A stretch of 64,000 bases of DNA from Candidatus Binatia bacterium (GTDB taxonomy: Bacteria; Desulfobacterota; Binatia; Bin18): assembly GCA_963664395.2 (NCBI GenBank), contig OY761159.2, positions 1,344,001-1,408,000 on the forward strand, written 5' to 3'. The notes beneath the pieces were generated by a model. That model was not told the DNA's origin, searched no databases, and worked only from the letters and a program-made list of their open reading frames with translations. The position numbers and the translations under genes are program-made. This document shows positions 39,854 to 50,507 of this stretch, in pieces; within the stretch, counting starts at the first letter, position 1; the number at the start of each line of letters is the position of its first letter.

Positions 39854-41281
39854 ATGAGAAGATTGGGATTAGCGCTCTGTGCCGGCCTTGTTGCTGCAGG
39901 GCTGCTCATGGCACGACCGGCGCAGGCAAAGAATGTAGCCGCGGAAATTCTTGATATTCTGAAGGCTAACGGGCAGATCAGCGAGCAGCAGTACCGCGAT
40001 CTGATGATTAAGGCCCAAGCCGAGGACGAGCAGGCGACCGCCGCGGCAGAGGTCGGTCCTGGCCTGACGGAAAAGATCGAAAAAATCGAAAAGAGCGTCG
40101 ATAAGAAAAACTTCCTGGCCGCGTACTGGAAGAGCGGCCTGCGGCTCGACTCGGCCGACGACAAGTTCAAGCTCAAAATCGGCGGACGGGTGCAGAACGA
40201 CTGGAGCGTCTACAGTACGCGCAAAAAGCTACGAACGAAGTTCGGTCGGATTGGCGACGGCTCGGAGTTCCGACGTGCCCGCCTGTTCATGGAAGGCAGT
40301 GTGTACGGCAATATCAAGTACAAAATGCAGTACGACTTCGCCAGCTCCGACCCGTTCAAGGACGCCTATATTCAGGTCAAGAAGCTGCCCCTGGTCGGGA
40401 ACTTTACGGTCGGCCACTACAAGGAGCCGTTCTCGCTCGAAGAGTTGACCAGCAGTAAATACATTACCTTTATGGAGCGCTCGTTGCCCAACGTGTTCTC
40501 CAGTGGACGTAACCTCGGGGTGCGGCTGAACAGGGATTTCATGGATAAACGCGCCACCGCGGCGTTCGGTTTTTTCCGCGAGGGCAATCCGGCCGATACG
40601 AGTACGACCTTCGGGAACAGCGGGATATACAACGCCACGACGCGGCTGACCTTCCTGCCCTGGTATCAGGAAAAGGGCAGGCGGCTGGTCCACCTCGGGC
40701 TGTCGTACAGACACGCGTTTCACGACGAAGCCAATCAGATTCGGTTCCGCCAGCGACCCGAGGCCCACCTCGGCCCCCGGTTCGTCGAAACACCGAAGTT
40801 CCAGGTCGAGGCCATTGACTACTTCAACCCCGAGGTGGCTTTGGTCTACGGCCCGGCCTCGTTGCAGTTCGAGTGGATGAGCGCATTGGTCGACCGGCCT
40901 ATTGGCGACGCTATCCAATACAACGGCTACTACATCTTCGGTAGCTTCTTCCTGACCGGCGAGCACCGTCCGTACAAGACATCGAGCGGCGCGTTCGATC
41001 GGGTCAAGCCCAAGAACAACTTTGACGGGAAGGGCGGCTGGGGCGCTCTGGAGCTCGCGGCCCGCTACTCCATGCTGGACCTGAACGACGAAGACCTGAA
41101 CGGCGGTGAGTTGTCCAACTTCACCTTCGGCCTCAACTGGTACCTCAACCCCAACGTGCGCTTCATGCTCAATTACGTGCGGGCGATGTTGGACGAGGAT
41201 GACTGCTATTTGAAAGGCAGCAAGGGCAACCACTGCAGCGACACCGACATTGTCCAGGCGCGGTTTCAAGTCGATTTTTAA
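39854..41281 (+). CDS. OprO/OprP-family phosphate-selective porin (alternative start 39812)
   Basis: KIGGRVQND, FRRARL, KEPFSLEELTSSKYITFMERS, GALELAARYS, GLNWYLNPN, terminal ARFQVDF. Confidence 0.92.
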   Translation: MRRLGLALCAGLVAAGLLMARPAQAKNVAAEILDILKANGQISEQQYRDLMIKAQAEDEQATAAAEVGPGLTEKIEKIEKSVDKKNFLAAYWKSGLRLDSADDKFKLKIGGRVQNDWSVYSTRKKLRTKFGRIGDGSEFRRARLFMEGSVYGNIKYKMQYDFASSDPFKDAYIQVKKLPLVGNFTVGHYKEPFSLEELTSSKYITFMERSLPNVFSSGRNLGVRLNRDFMDKRATAAFGFFREGNPADTSTTFGNSGIYNATTRLTFLPWYQEKGRRLVHLGLSYRHAFHDEANQIRFRQRPEAHLGPRFVETPKFQVEAIDYFNPEVALVYGPASLQFEWMSALVDRPIGDAIQYNGYYIFGSFFLTGEHRPYKTSSGAFDRVKPKNNFDGKGGWGALELAARYSMLDLNDEDLNGGELSNFTFGLNWYLNPNVRFMLNYVRAMLDEDDCYLKGSKGNHCSDTDIVQARFQVDF

Positions 41282-41288
41282 TGTTCAC

Positions 41289-41316
41289 GTCATCACTCCG
41301 TAACACGAGTGCAACA
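41289..41316 (+). promoter_or_regulatory. Pho-box array upstream of pstS
   Basis: gtcat, gtaac, gcaac at 41289, 41300, 41311. Confidence 0.65.
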
Positions 41317-41345
41317 CTCACCCATCTATAGTGGAGGATAACGGT

Positions 41346-42314
41346 ATGCGAATAAAGAAAATACTGGCAGCCTGCGGAGCCGTGGCTCTCAGCACTTCTC
41401 TGGCTACCGCCCAGACGATTGAAGTCGATGCTGGTTTGCCAAGCTACGAAAAGGTCAGCGGTGTCTCGGGAAACCTGAACAGTATCGGTTCAGACACGTT
41501 CAACAATCTGATGACCCTGTGGGCAGAAGGGTTTAAGAAAGTCTACCCCAACGTGAACGTCCAGATCGAAGGAAAGGGCTCAAGCACGGCTCCCCCAGCT
41601 TTGATTGAAGCCACGGCCCAACTTGGTCCTATGTCGCGGGCCATGAAGAGCAAAGAGCAAGACGCCTTTGAGGAGAAGTTCGGCTACAAACCGACCCCGA
41701 TCCGGACCTCGCTTGACTCATTGGCCGTCTTTGTCAATAAGGACAATCCGGTCACAGGCCTCAATCTTCGGCAGGTCGATGCCCTGTTCTCAAAAAATCG
41801 CAAATGCGGCGCAATTGCCGACGCCTCTACATGGGGCAACCTTGGTCTGACGGGAGACTGGGCATCAGCTCCAATCAGTCTGTACGGTCGTAATTCTGCC
41901 TCTGGGACGTACGGCTTCTTTAAGAAAAAAGCGCTGTGCAAGGGCGACTACAAAGACACGGTTAAAGAACAGCCGGGTTCGGCCTCTGTGGTCCAAGGCG
42001 TGAGCGAAGACCGCAACGGCGCAGGCTACAGCGGTATTGGCTACACGACCTCCGGCGTGCGTCCTATTCCCCTGGTCAAGAAAGGCAGTGACTATGTCGC
42101 GCCCACATACGGAAACGTCGCCAGCGGGAAATATCCCTTATCCCGTTTCCTGTACGTCTATGTGAATAAGGAGCCGAACAAGGCGCTCGATCCCCTGACC
42201 AAGGAATTTCTCAAGTTTGTCCTGAGTAAAGAAGGCCAGAAGATTGTGGTCAAGGACGGCTACTACCCGCTGTCCGCCCAGCTGGTGGCTGCCGACCGAG
42301 CCGCGTTGGAATAA
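41346..42314 (+). CDS. pstS: Phosphate ABC transporter substrate-binding protein
   Basis: [40 protein letters not shown]. Confidence 0.97.
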   Translation: MRIKKILAACGAVALSTSLATAQTIEVDAGLPSYEKVSGVSGNLNSIGSDTFNNLMTLWAEGFKKVYPNVNVQIEGKGSSTAPPALIEATAQLGPMSRAMKSKEQDAFEEKFGYKPTPIRTSLDSLAVFVNKDNPVTGLNLRQVDALFSKNRKCGAIADASTWGNLGLTGDWASAPISLYGRNSASGTYGFFKKKALCKGDYKDTVKEQPGSASVVQGVSEDRNGAGYSGIGYTTSGVRPIPLVKKGSDYVAPTYGNVASGKYPLSRFLYVYVNKEPNKALDPLTKEFLKFVLSKEGQKIVVKDGYYPLSAQLVAADRAALE

Positions 42315-42352
42315 TCGCGCTGCCCACATATGCATTCGTATCGGGATTAACC

Positions 42353-42380
42353 AAGGGCGGGGGAAACCTCGCCCTCCTTC
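42353..42380 (+). terminator. Intercistronic stem-loop after pstS
   Basis: gggcggggg-aaa-cctcgccc. Confidence 0.45.
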
Positions 42381-42419
42381 GTTCGTCCTGTCCTCGTAGT
42401 ATCATAAGATAGGTCCGTC

Positions 42420-44768
42420 ATGCCGGAGATGCAGGAACATACATCCCAACCGTCGCCGCTGCCGACCTCAAGCGGGGAGCATCCGGTTGAGGTCCGTCTC
42501 TCGGCGACTGAAGATAAAAGCCGGATGCAACGCAAAAAGCTGGCGGATAAGGCCGCGACTATCCTGATCACCTGTGGCGGCTTTGCCGTGATTCTGAGCA
42601 TCGCGGCGATTCTTTTTGTGATCGTGGCAGAGACCTTACCCCTCTGGAACGCGCCAACCGCCGAGCTTGAGGCTCCGCCAACTCCGCTGGCCGACCTGGT
42701 CGGCAGTGAGCACGCTGCGGACGTTCTTGCTCTGGGCATTGGTGAATATCGAGAGATCGCCTACACGATTACCCAGGCGGGAACCGTTGACTTTATTTCC
42801 CTCACAGACAACCGACTCCTTCAGCGCTATGAGGTCCAGGCCCTTCAGGGACGCCGGATCACTGCGCTGCACTATCGCAACCTGACCCACACCGCTGCGC
42901 TCGGAACCGCCGACGGTGTCGTTATTCCCCTGACGATTTCCTTTCCCATCTCCTTTGAGGGTAAAACGCGCATTACCGCGCCTCAGGTCACGGAAAAAGA
43001 TGCGATTGTCCTGGACCCACACGGTCGCGCTATTAGCGCGCTGGCCTATCAATACACGAATGACACCGATGAGGATGAAGAGCGGTGGGCGCTGGCGGCC
43101 CTGCTCGGCCCCCACACCCTGCTCTTTATGACCCAAACAACACAAGAATCATTTTTAGGCGAGCCCGAAATCATAGAGCACCGGACAGAACTTTCAACTG
43201 CTCTGGACGCTGCGGCCACTGCAGTAACACTAGATGCCGAACAGCGAAATCTATTTGCCGCGCTAGAGACCGGTGAGGTCATACACTGGGATATTAGTGA
43301 TGCTGCTGCACCGCGGGTCGCCCAACGCCTACGGGGCGGGAGTCAGAAGCGGGCCCCGGTTCGGACAATGGCCTGGTTGATTGGAGATCGTTCTCTCGTC
43401 ATGGGCGATGACGCCGGAGGGGTGAGTGTCTGGTTCCAAGTCCGCGATCAGGATAATCCAGCCGAACTCCCATTTCGTGAAATTCATGTGATGCAGTCTC
43501 ACCAGGCGGCCATCACTGCCATCTCTGCCTCTCCCCGCAATAAAGGCTTTGTCACCGGCGATACGACCGGCGCGGTTCGGGTGCAATACGCCACCACCGA
43601 AGCCACCATGTTGAGCCGCGACACCAGCGGCAGTCCGGTTACGCATCTTACCTATGCCCCACGTACAAACGGCATCCTGGCCCTCAATCAACGGGGCCAG
43701 CTGTATCACTGGGCAATCGACAATCCCCATCCGGAAATTACCCTCTCCACCCTGTTTGGAAAGGTCTGGTACGAAGGCTATGACGCCCCGGATCATACCT
43801 GGCAATCCAGTAGTGGAACGGATGATTTTGAGCCGAAATTCAGTCTTTCTCCGCTAGCCTACGGGACGTTGAAAGGAACGTTTTACGCCCTGCTGTTGGC
43901 CATTCCCCTCAGTCTGTGCGGCGCTCTGTATACCTCCCAGTTCATGCACCCGCGCCTGCGCAATATCGTCAAGCCCTCGGTTGAGGTTATGGCCGCCCTG
44001 CCCAGTGTGGTGCTCGGCTTTTTTGCCGGCCTCTGGCTGGCGCCCCTTGTTGCGGACATGGTGCCGGCGCTGTTGCTAGTGTTTGTGGCGCTGCCACTTG
44101 TGACCCTGAGCGCCTCATTTGCCTGGCGTCTGCTCCCTCTTGCGTTTCGCAGTAACCTGAAACCCGGTGCCGAACTCTTTTTTCTGGTCCCGTTACTGAT
44201 GGGTACGATCTATGTCTGTATATTGCTCGATAATCCGCTCGAAGCCGCCCTCTTCGCCGGCGATTTTCCCCAATGGCTGTATGACACCAGCGGGGTTCGG
44301 TATGACCCGCGCAACTCCCTTATTGTGGGGTTTGCTATGGGCTTTGCCGTGATCCCCATCATTTACACCATCTGTGAAGATGCGTTTTCCAACGTCCCGC
44401 AGCATCTTATTTCAGGCTCTTTAGCGCTGGGGGCGACGCGCTGGCAAACCGCCCTGCGAGTCGTGCTGCCAACCGCCAGCCCCGGTGTGTTCTCTGCGAT
44501 GATGATCGGCTTTGGTCGAGCGGTCGGTGAAACGATGATTGTCCTTATGGCCACCGGCAACACGCCCATCATGGACTTTGATCCCTTTACCGGCTTCCGA
44601 GCCTTATCGGCTAATATCGCCGTGGAAATCCCCGAAGCTCCCCACGGCGGGACACTCTACCGAGTCCTCTTCCTCGCCGCCCTGCTCCTTTTTATTTTAA
44701 CGTTTTTGGTGAATACCGCGGCGGAAGTTGTCCGCCAACGCTTACGAGACCGCTATGGACGCATCTAA
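42420..44768 (+). CDS. pstC: Phosphate ABC permease PstC, long form with periplasmic WD40-like domain
   Basis: KVWYEGY...[48 protein letters not shown]. Confidence 0.93.
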   Translation: MPEMQEHTSQPSPLPTSSGEHPVEVRLSATEDKSRMQRKKLADKAATILITCGGFAVILSIAAILFVIVAETLPLWNAPTAELEAPPTPLADLVGSEHAADVLALGIGEYREIAYTITQAGTVDFISLTDNRLLQRYEVQALQGRRITALHYRNLTHTAALGTADGVVIPLTISFPISFEGKTRITAPQVTEKDAIVLDPHGRAISALAYQYTNDTDEDEERWALAALLGPHTLLFMTQTTQESFLGEPEIIEHRTELSTALDAAATAVTLDAEQRNLFAALETGEVIHWDISDAAAPRVAQRLRGGSQKRAPVRTMAWLIGDRSLVMGDDAGGVSVWFQVRDQDNPAELPFREIHVMQSHQAAITAISASPRNKGFVTGDTTGAVRVQYATTEATMLSRDTSGSPVTHLTYAPRTNGILALNQRGQLYHWAIDNPHPEITLSTLFGKVWYEGYDAPDHTWQSSSGTDDFEPKFSLSPLAYGTLKGTFYALLLAIPLSLCGALYTSQFMHPRLRNIVKPSVEVMAALPSVVLGFFAGLWLAPLVADMVPALLLVFVALPLVTLSASFAWRLLPLAFRSNLKPGAELFFLVPLLMGTIYVCILLDNPLEAALFAGDFPQWLYDTSGVRYDPRNSLIVGFAMGFAVIPIIYTICEDAFSNVPQHLISGSLALGATRWQTALRVVLPTASPGVFSAMMIGFGRAVGETMIVLMATGNTPIMDFDPFTGFRALSANIAVEIPEAPHGGTLYRVLFLAALLLFILTFLVNTAAEVVRQRLRDRYGRI

Positions 44769-46437
44769 TTCTTCAGCGCTTTCCGCGCCGCACTCATCCG
44801 GAGGCGGTATGTTCAAAAGTTTTCTACGCAGCGGCGACCCTTTCATCTGGCTGACGGGGGGAACCTTGGCCTTCAGTCTGCTCATGATCGCTGCCTTAAT
44901 TTGGATCGTTGGGGCCAATGCCCTTGGATTCTTCTGGCCCACTCAACTCAGAGCCGTTGCCCTTCAGGACGGACACAAGCTCCTGGGAGCAGTCCGGGCC
45001 CAGGAGGCTATTCCGCAACAGACCGGAGACGACCTGGAACAGTATCGGACGCAGTTCCAGGTCGCGAACCGTGACCTGTATGGGGCTGATTTTCGTTGGG
45101 TCGATGACAGCCTGATGACCGGGCACTCGTTTCCGGAGCAGGCAATTTATTTAGAACGGTATGAATGGGGGCCCTTTTTTGGCTTTCTCACCACGGTGCG
45201 CCAAGACCGCGTGGCCGTGGCCGAGGGCTTTGCCCAAGCCTGGCCACAATTCCTCGCCCTCCACACCCAGACGCAGGCGACGCTCGATGCCATTCACACC
45301 ATCGAAAAGAAAGACATTGGTCAGATCAGCTATGAACTCGAACAACTGCGCATTGCCGTCAAGCGCGTCCAACGCAGAGAAACCGATCCTGGCCGCGCCC
45401 CCGAAAAAATTGCCGCCCTCGAGCAAGCCATAGCAACCTGGCAACAGACCTATGAGGAGAAGGCCCAAGAACTGGCTGCTCTGTACGCAGAAAACGCGCG
45501 TTATCACATTGTTGTGCAGGACATTAATGGCAAAGAGAAAGAGCTGTTGATCGCTGGTATTGTGCGCGGCTTTCTGCCCAATAATATGAGTTGGTTGGAA
45601 CGGCTCGGCCTGTATGTGGCTCGATTTTGGGAATTCTTTTGGGAAGACCCGCGCGAGGCAAACACCGAAGGAGGCGTGTTCCCCGCCATTTTTGGCACCG
45701 TCATGATGGTCATGGTCATGAGCATTGTTGTGGTCCCCTTTGGCGTGGTCGCCGCCCTGTATCTCCGAGAATATGCCAAGCAGGGCCCCCTCGTCCGCGT
45801 CGTCCGGATCGCAGTCAACAACCTGGCTGGTGTACCCTCTATTGTTTTTGGCGTCTTTGGCTTGGGTTTTTTTGTCTATGGTATTGGCGGGACGCTGGAC
45901 CAACTCTTCTACCAGGATGCCCTCCCAACCCCGACGTATGGCACCGGCGGGATTCTGTGGGCTTCGTTGACCTTAGCCTTGCTGACCGTCCCGGTGGTGA
46001 TTGTAGCAACCGAAGAATCGTTGTCCGCCATACCACGCGAGTGGCGGGAGGGCTCCCTGGCACTTGGAGCGACCAAGTGGGAGACCCTCCGAAAAATTGT
46101 TATTCCAGGCGCGTTGCCGGGGATTCTGACTGGGACTATTCTGGCCATGGCACGCGGCGCCGGGGAAGTCGCCCCGCTTATGATCACTGGTGTTGTCAAA
46201 CTGGCCCCGACATTACCCGTTGACGGCCACTGGCCGTTCTTTCATCTGGAACGTAAATTTATGCATCTCGGATTTCATATTTACGATGTTGGTTTCCAGT
46301 CGCCCAATGTCGAGGCGGCAAAGCCCATGGTCTTTATGACGACCCTGCTGCTGCTTGTGATCGTCATTGCTTTGAACCTGGCTGCGATTACGATTCGGAA
46401 TCGCTTACGCAGCCGCTTGCGCTTTGGAGCTTTCTAA
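44755..46437 (+). CDS. pstA: Phosphate ABC permease PstA, long form
   Basis: [39 protein letters not shown]. Confidence 0.95.
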   Translation: MDASNSSALSAPHSSGGGMFKSFLRSGDPFIWLTGGTLAFSLLMIAALIWIVGANALGFFWPTQLRAVALQDGHKLLGAVRAQEAIPQQTGDDLEQYRTQFQVANRDLYGADFRWVDDSLMTGHSFPEQAIYLERYEWGPFFGFLTTVRQDRVAVAEGFAQAWPQFLALHTQTQATLDAIHTIEKKDIGQISYELEQLRIAVKRVQRRETDPGRAPEKIAALEQAIATWQQTYEEKAQELAALYAENARYHIVVQDINGKEKELLIAGIVRGFLPNNMSWLERLGLYVARFWEFFWEDPREANTEGGVFPAIFGTVMMVMVMSIVVVPFGVVAALYLREYAKQGPLVRVVRIAVNNLAGVPSIVFGVFGLGFFVYGIGGTLDQLFYQDALPTPTYGTGGILWASLTLALLTVPVVIVATEESLSAIPREWREGSLALGATKWETLRKIVIPGALPGILTGTILAMARGAGEVAPLMITGVVKLAPTLPVDGHWPFFHLERKFMHLGFHIYDVGFQSPNVEAAKPMVFMTTLLLLVIVIALNLAAITIRNRLRSRLRFGAF

Positions 46438-46450
46438 AGGGAGTGTTAGT

Positions 46451-47308
46451 ATGGAAAGTCAGGAAAGATCGCCGGTCGGCCATGCCGTCACACTGCCGCC
46501 GCGACCGGAGTCGGGCAACAGTCATGACCCAACGGCCCTCGGCACGCATGACACAATAGAGATCGAGATTCGGGATGTCTGCCTCAGTTACGACGGCACG
46601 ACTCAGACCCTCAAGCACATCAATATGGACATTGCAAAAGGACAAGTGACGGCGTTCATCGGTCCTTCGGGCTGTGGGAAGTCAACCCTGCTGCGCTGCC
46701 TGAATCGCCTGAACGACCTGGTCGATGGCTGTACGATGAGCGGCAGCATTATCATGGCTGGCCTCCAAATCCTTGACCGAACGCTTGATGTGACAGCACT
46801 CCGCAAACGGGTCGGTATGGTGTTCCAAAAGCCGAATCCTTTTCCCAAGACTATCTATGAAAATGTTGCCTACGGGCCGCGTGTCCTCGGCATTCACAAC
46901 AAGGCTCAACTTGATGATATTGTTGAGAAGAGCCTGCGCGACGCGGCCCTCTGGAATGAAGCCAAGGATCGTCTGCATGACAATGCCCTGGGTTTATCCG
47001 GTGGTCAGCATCAACGCCTGTGTATTGCCCGGACCATTGCGATTGAGCCGGAAGTCGTCCTGATGGATGAGCCCTGTTCTGCTCTTGACCCGATTGCCAC
47101 GACAAAAATTGAAGAGCTCATTCATGAGCTCAAAAAGCAGTACACCATTGTCATCGTCACCCACAATATGCAGCAGGCCGCGCGTGTATCCGACGCTACA
47201 GCCTTTCTGTATCTGGGTGAATTGATAGAATTCGGGCAGACCGAAAAATTATTTACCACCCCGGAAAAACAGGCAACAGAATATTATATTACGGGCCGGT
47301 TCGGCTAG
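46451..47308 (+). CDS. pstB: Phosphate ABC ATPase
   Basis: [42 protein letters not shown]. Confidence 0.97.
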   Translation: MESQERSPVGHAVTLPPRPESGNSHDPTALGTHDTIEIEIRDVCLSYDGTTQTLKHINMDIAKGQVTAFIGPSGCGKSTLLRCLNRLNDLVDGCTMSGSIIMAGLQILDRTLDVTALRKRVGMVFQKPNPFPKTIYENVAYGPRVLGIHNKAQLDDIVEKSLRDAALWNEAKDRLHDNALGLSGGQHQRLCIARTIAIEPEVVLMDEPCSALDPIATTKIEELIHELKKQYTIVIVTHNMQQAARVSDATAFLYLGELIEFGQTEKLFTTPEKQATEYYITGRFG

Positions 47309-47330
47309 AGCGGTAAGAAACGGGGGCACT

Positions 47331-48086
47331 ATGCCACTACATACGGATAGCCAGTACGAAGAAGAACTTCAGCAACTCCGGGCCAAGGTATTGGAAATGG
47401 GGGGGCTGGTTGAAAAACAGATCGGTGACGCAGTCACCTCGCTTATAGAGCGCGATTCGGCAATGGCCCACGCGGTGATAGAACGCGACCATATGGTCAA
47501 CTATCTTGATGTCGTCATTGATGAGGCCTGTATCCGTTTACTGGCCCTGCATCAGCCCGCCGCTCGGGATTTGCGCTTTATTACCACCAGTCTGCGGATT
47601 TCAACTGATCTTGAGCGTATCGGCGATATTGCCGAGAATATCTGCGAGCGGGCGCTCGAACTCAATCAGGAGTCGCCGCTCAAACCGCGGCCCGAATTAC
47701 CCGAAATGGCTGAGGGGGCACGCGCCATGCTGCGCGATAGTCTCGACGCCTTTTTGCAGTCCTCGTCCGATGTCACAGCCTCCTCCAACACACGCGCCAC
47801 GCTACAAGATAGTCTCGACGATTTTGCGCGTGAGGCTCCCGACCTCGCCCTCAGCGTGTGTCAGCGAGATGACCGGATTGATGATTTAACCGCCCAGATC
47901 TTCAACGCGATACTCTCTCAGATGCGGCAGGACCCTGAATACGCCAGCCGCGCAACGCGGATATTGTTTGTCGCCAAATACCTTGAGCGCGTTGCCGACC
48001 ACGCGACCAATATTGCCGAGATGGTCATCTATCTGGCGAAGGGCAAGAGCATACGCCACGTCTCGCCTTTACCCGATTCGGTCTGA
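47331..48086 (+). CDS. phoU: Phosphate signalling protein PhoU with a 24-aa internal duplication
   Basis: MGGLVE, QPAARDLR, DLERIGD, LERVADHATNIAE. Confidence 0.96.
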   Translation: MPLHTDSQYEEELQQLRAKVLEMGGLVEKQIGDAVTSLIERDSAMAHAVIERDHMVNYLDVVIDEACIRLLALHQPAARDLRFITTSLRISTDLERIGDIAENICERALELNQESPLKPRPELPEMAEGARAMLRDSLDAFLQSSSDVTASSNTRATLQDSLDDFAREAPDLALSVCQRDDRIDDLTAQIFNAILSQMRQDPEYASRATRILFVAKYLERVADHATNIAEMVIYLAKGKSIRHVSPLPDSV

Positions 48087-48099
48087 AACAGAGGAGGCT

Positions 48100-48855
48100 A
48101 TGGCAGTACAACAGGCAGCAGGGGTAGTCGTGGGGACCAAGCGAAAAATTCTCATTGTTGAGGATGAAAAAGATATCCGCGACCTGATTCGGTATAATCT
48201 GGAAACCGAAGGCTTTGCCGTCCTCGAAGCCGGTGACGGCGAGGTGAGTCTGCATCTGGCCGCTGCCGAACGGCCGGCGCTTGTGATTCTCGACTTGATG
48301 CTGCCCGGCCTGTCCGGCCTTGAGGTGTGTCGAATCTTACGCTCGAAAGACAAGACGGCCACCGTCCCGATCCTGATCCTGACAGCACGCGCCTCCGAGC
48401 TCGATAAAGTCCTGGGCCTCGAAATGGGGGCGGACGATTACGTCACCAAACCCTTTAGTCCGCGCGAACTCGTCGCTCGGGTCAAAGCCGTCCTGCGGCG
48501 GACCTATGGTCCAGCGGCGGACCAACCGCATCAAATGTATGAACGGGGTCGGCTGCAGGTCGATTACGATACGTACGAAATTATGCTCGATGGCCAGCCT
48601 CTGGAACTCGGTCTGCGCGAATTTGAATTACTCAAATTTTTCGTGCAGTCCCCCAACCGGGTCTTCAGCCGTACCCAAATTCTTGATCTGGTGTGGGGAC
48701 AGAACGTCTATATTGAGCCCCGCACGGTTGACGTCCATATCCGCCGCTTACGGCAGCGCATTGAGCAGGACGATGCCAACCCAAGCCTGATCCTTACCGT
48801 GCGTGGGGTTGGGTATAAATTTAACCCGGACGCGCTTGACGCCTGGCAGCGCTGA
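48100..48855 (+). CDS. phoB: PhoB/PhoP response regulator (OmpR family)
   Basis: LDLMLP, GADDYVTKPFSPREL, RTVDVHIRRLR, TVRGVGY; located in the pst operon. Confidence 0.9.
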   Translation: MAVQQAAGVVVGTKRKILIVEDEKDIRDLIRYNLETEGFAVLEAGDGEVSLHLAAAERPALVILDLMLPGLSGLEVCRILRSKDKTATVPILILTARASELDKVLGLEMGADDYVTKPFSPRELVARVKAVLRRTYGPAADQPHQMYERGRLQVDYDTYEIMLDGQPLELGLREFELLKFFVQSPNRVFSRTQILDLVWGQNVYIEPRTVDVHIRRLRQRIEQDDANPSLILTVRGVGYKFNPDALDAWQR

Positions 48856-48881
48856 CACCGGACGAAGAGCGGCACCTTCGC

Positions 48882-50435
48882 GTGAAAAACAGCATTACCT
48901 TTTCCATTCTGTTTCCGGTTGGTCTGGCGCTGCTGGCCCTGCTCTTCCTCCAGCTCTTTTTTCTCTTTCCTGCGGAAGCGCGCCCGCTGTGGGTCTGGTA
49001 TGGCACCCTTGTCTGCGCCCTTGCCGCGCTGGGCGGTGCGTTCGCTCAGAGTACCCAACTCCGGCAACGCTTGCGTGCTCTCAGCACCTTTCTGACTAGT
49101 GTCCCGGACCGAACCCCGCTGCCCACTCTCCTGGTCCGAAAAAACGACGAGTTGGGCAATATCGAGCACCAGCTCTCCCGGCTCCTCAATGCCCAGAGCC
49201 AACAGCTCCAACAGCTCCAAGACGAGAAGAAAGAACTCGAAGCCCTCCTCCACACGATGGCCGAAGGCATTGTCGTGATTGACTTGAGTGGCAGTATCGT
49301 GCGTTGCAACCCGGCCGCTTTGCACCTGTTTGGTCTCAACCCGGCGGAAGACTGGCGGGGAAGACCCTTTCACGAATTTTCCCGCCACCCTGTTCTGCAC
49401 CAGCTTTTGTCCGCGGACGCGGCTGAGGGGGTTACCCGGGAAATCGAAGTGGAAGGGCGGGAGCCACGCCAACTCGCCGTGAGTGTCTTGCGCCTGTTAC
49501 ATACCGATGGAAATGGAACGCATAGGGTCAGCCGCCCAACGGCCAACGGGTACGTGTTAAGCTGTCACGACTTGACCCCAATCAAACGGCTTGAATCCAT
49601 CCGGGCAGACTTTGTGGCCAATGTGTCGCACGAACTCCGCACCCCGCTCACCGCGATCAAGGGCTATGCGGAAACCCTCCTCACGGGTGCACTGCAAGAT
49701 CCCGAGCACGCCACCCGCTTTCTCACGATTATTGACCGGCACTCGGAACGCCTCAGCCGTCTCATAGACGATCTCCTCACCCTGTCCAACTTAGAACTTG
49801 GCCGGGCCGAGCTCCACCGCAAAGAACTGCTCATCTCCGAGTTGATCCAGGAAGCGTTTGATGTGGTACAAGAGAAAGCCCAACGTGGGAAAGTGACCCT
49901 CTCTCAGCATATCCCGCCGGCCCTCCCGGCAGTGAGAGGAGATCGTGATCGACTGCATCAAGTCCTGATCAATCTGATCGATAATGCCGTCAAATATACC
50001 GCCGCTCAGGGTCAGGTCACCGTCTCTGCCAAAATGCACAAAATGCACAAAATGTATAAGATGCATACTCCGCGTGCCGACGGAGAGGAGTCTGAATGGT
50101 GGGGGCAATCCGCCGGGGCGGAGCAACCCCGTACGACCACTGTTGCCAGCGCTCCTGTTGTCGGGGGAGACGACTGGCTGGAGATCGCCATAGCCGATAC
50201 CGGCTGTGGCATCCCGGAAACGGATATCCCGCGTCTGACCCAGCGTTTTTACCGGGTGGATAAAGCCCGTTCACGCGAACTGGGCGGAACAGGATTAGGG
50301 CTGGCGATTGTCAAACACATTGTCCTGGCCCATGGCGGCGCACTCAAGATAGAGAGCAAGGTCAATCACGGCACAACGGTACGCGTCGCCCTGCCGCTCA
50401 CTCCTCTCCCGTCGGATCAAACCACGCATGTGTAA
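48882..50435 (+). CDS. phoR: PhoR sensor histidine kinase
   Basis: Two TM helices, PAS, FVANVSHELRTPL, RFYRVDKARSRELGGTGLGLAIVKH. Confidence 0.92.
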   Translation: MKNSITFSILFPVGLALLALLFLQLFFLFPAEARPLWVWYGTLVCALAALGGAFAQSTQLRQRLRALSTFLTSVPDRTPLPTLLVRKNDELGNIEHQLSRLLNAQSQQLQQLQDEKKELEALLHTMAEGIVVIDLSGSIVRCNPAALHLFGLNPAEDWRGRPFHEFSRHPVLHQLLSADAAEGVTREIEVEGREPRQLAVSVLRLLHTDGNGTHRVSRPTANGYVLSCHDLTPIKRLESIRADFVANVSHELRTPLTAIKGYAETLLTGALQDPEHATRFLTIIDRHSERLSRLIDDLLTLSNLELGRAELHRKELLISELIQEAFDVVQEKAQRGKVTLSQHIPPALPAVRGDRDRLHQVLINLIDNAVKYTAAQGQVTVSAKMHKMHKMYKMHTPRADGEESEWWGQSAGAEQPRTTTVASAPVVGGDDWLEIAIADTGCGIPETDIPRLTQRFYRVDKARSRELGGTGLGLAIVKHIVLAHGGALKIESKVNHGTTVRVALPLTPLPSDQTTHV

Positions 50436-50507
50436 GGAGGAGCGTGGCCTTCCAGGCCGCACTTCCATTCATGACTGTCGACTTTTCGACCTCCGACTTT
50501 CGACCTT

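Noticed and set aside
40229-41269. 346-aa antisense ORF and similar long shadow ORFs (e.g. 22988-23875, 45151-45903, 48708-49472)
   Set aside because: Antisense to well-supported genes with GC-rich third positions; no recognisable motifs
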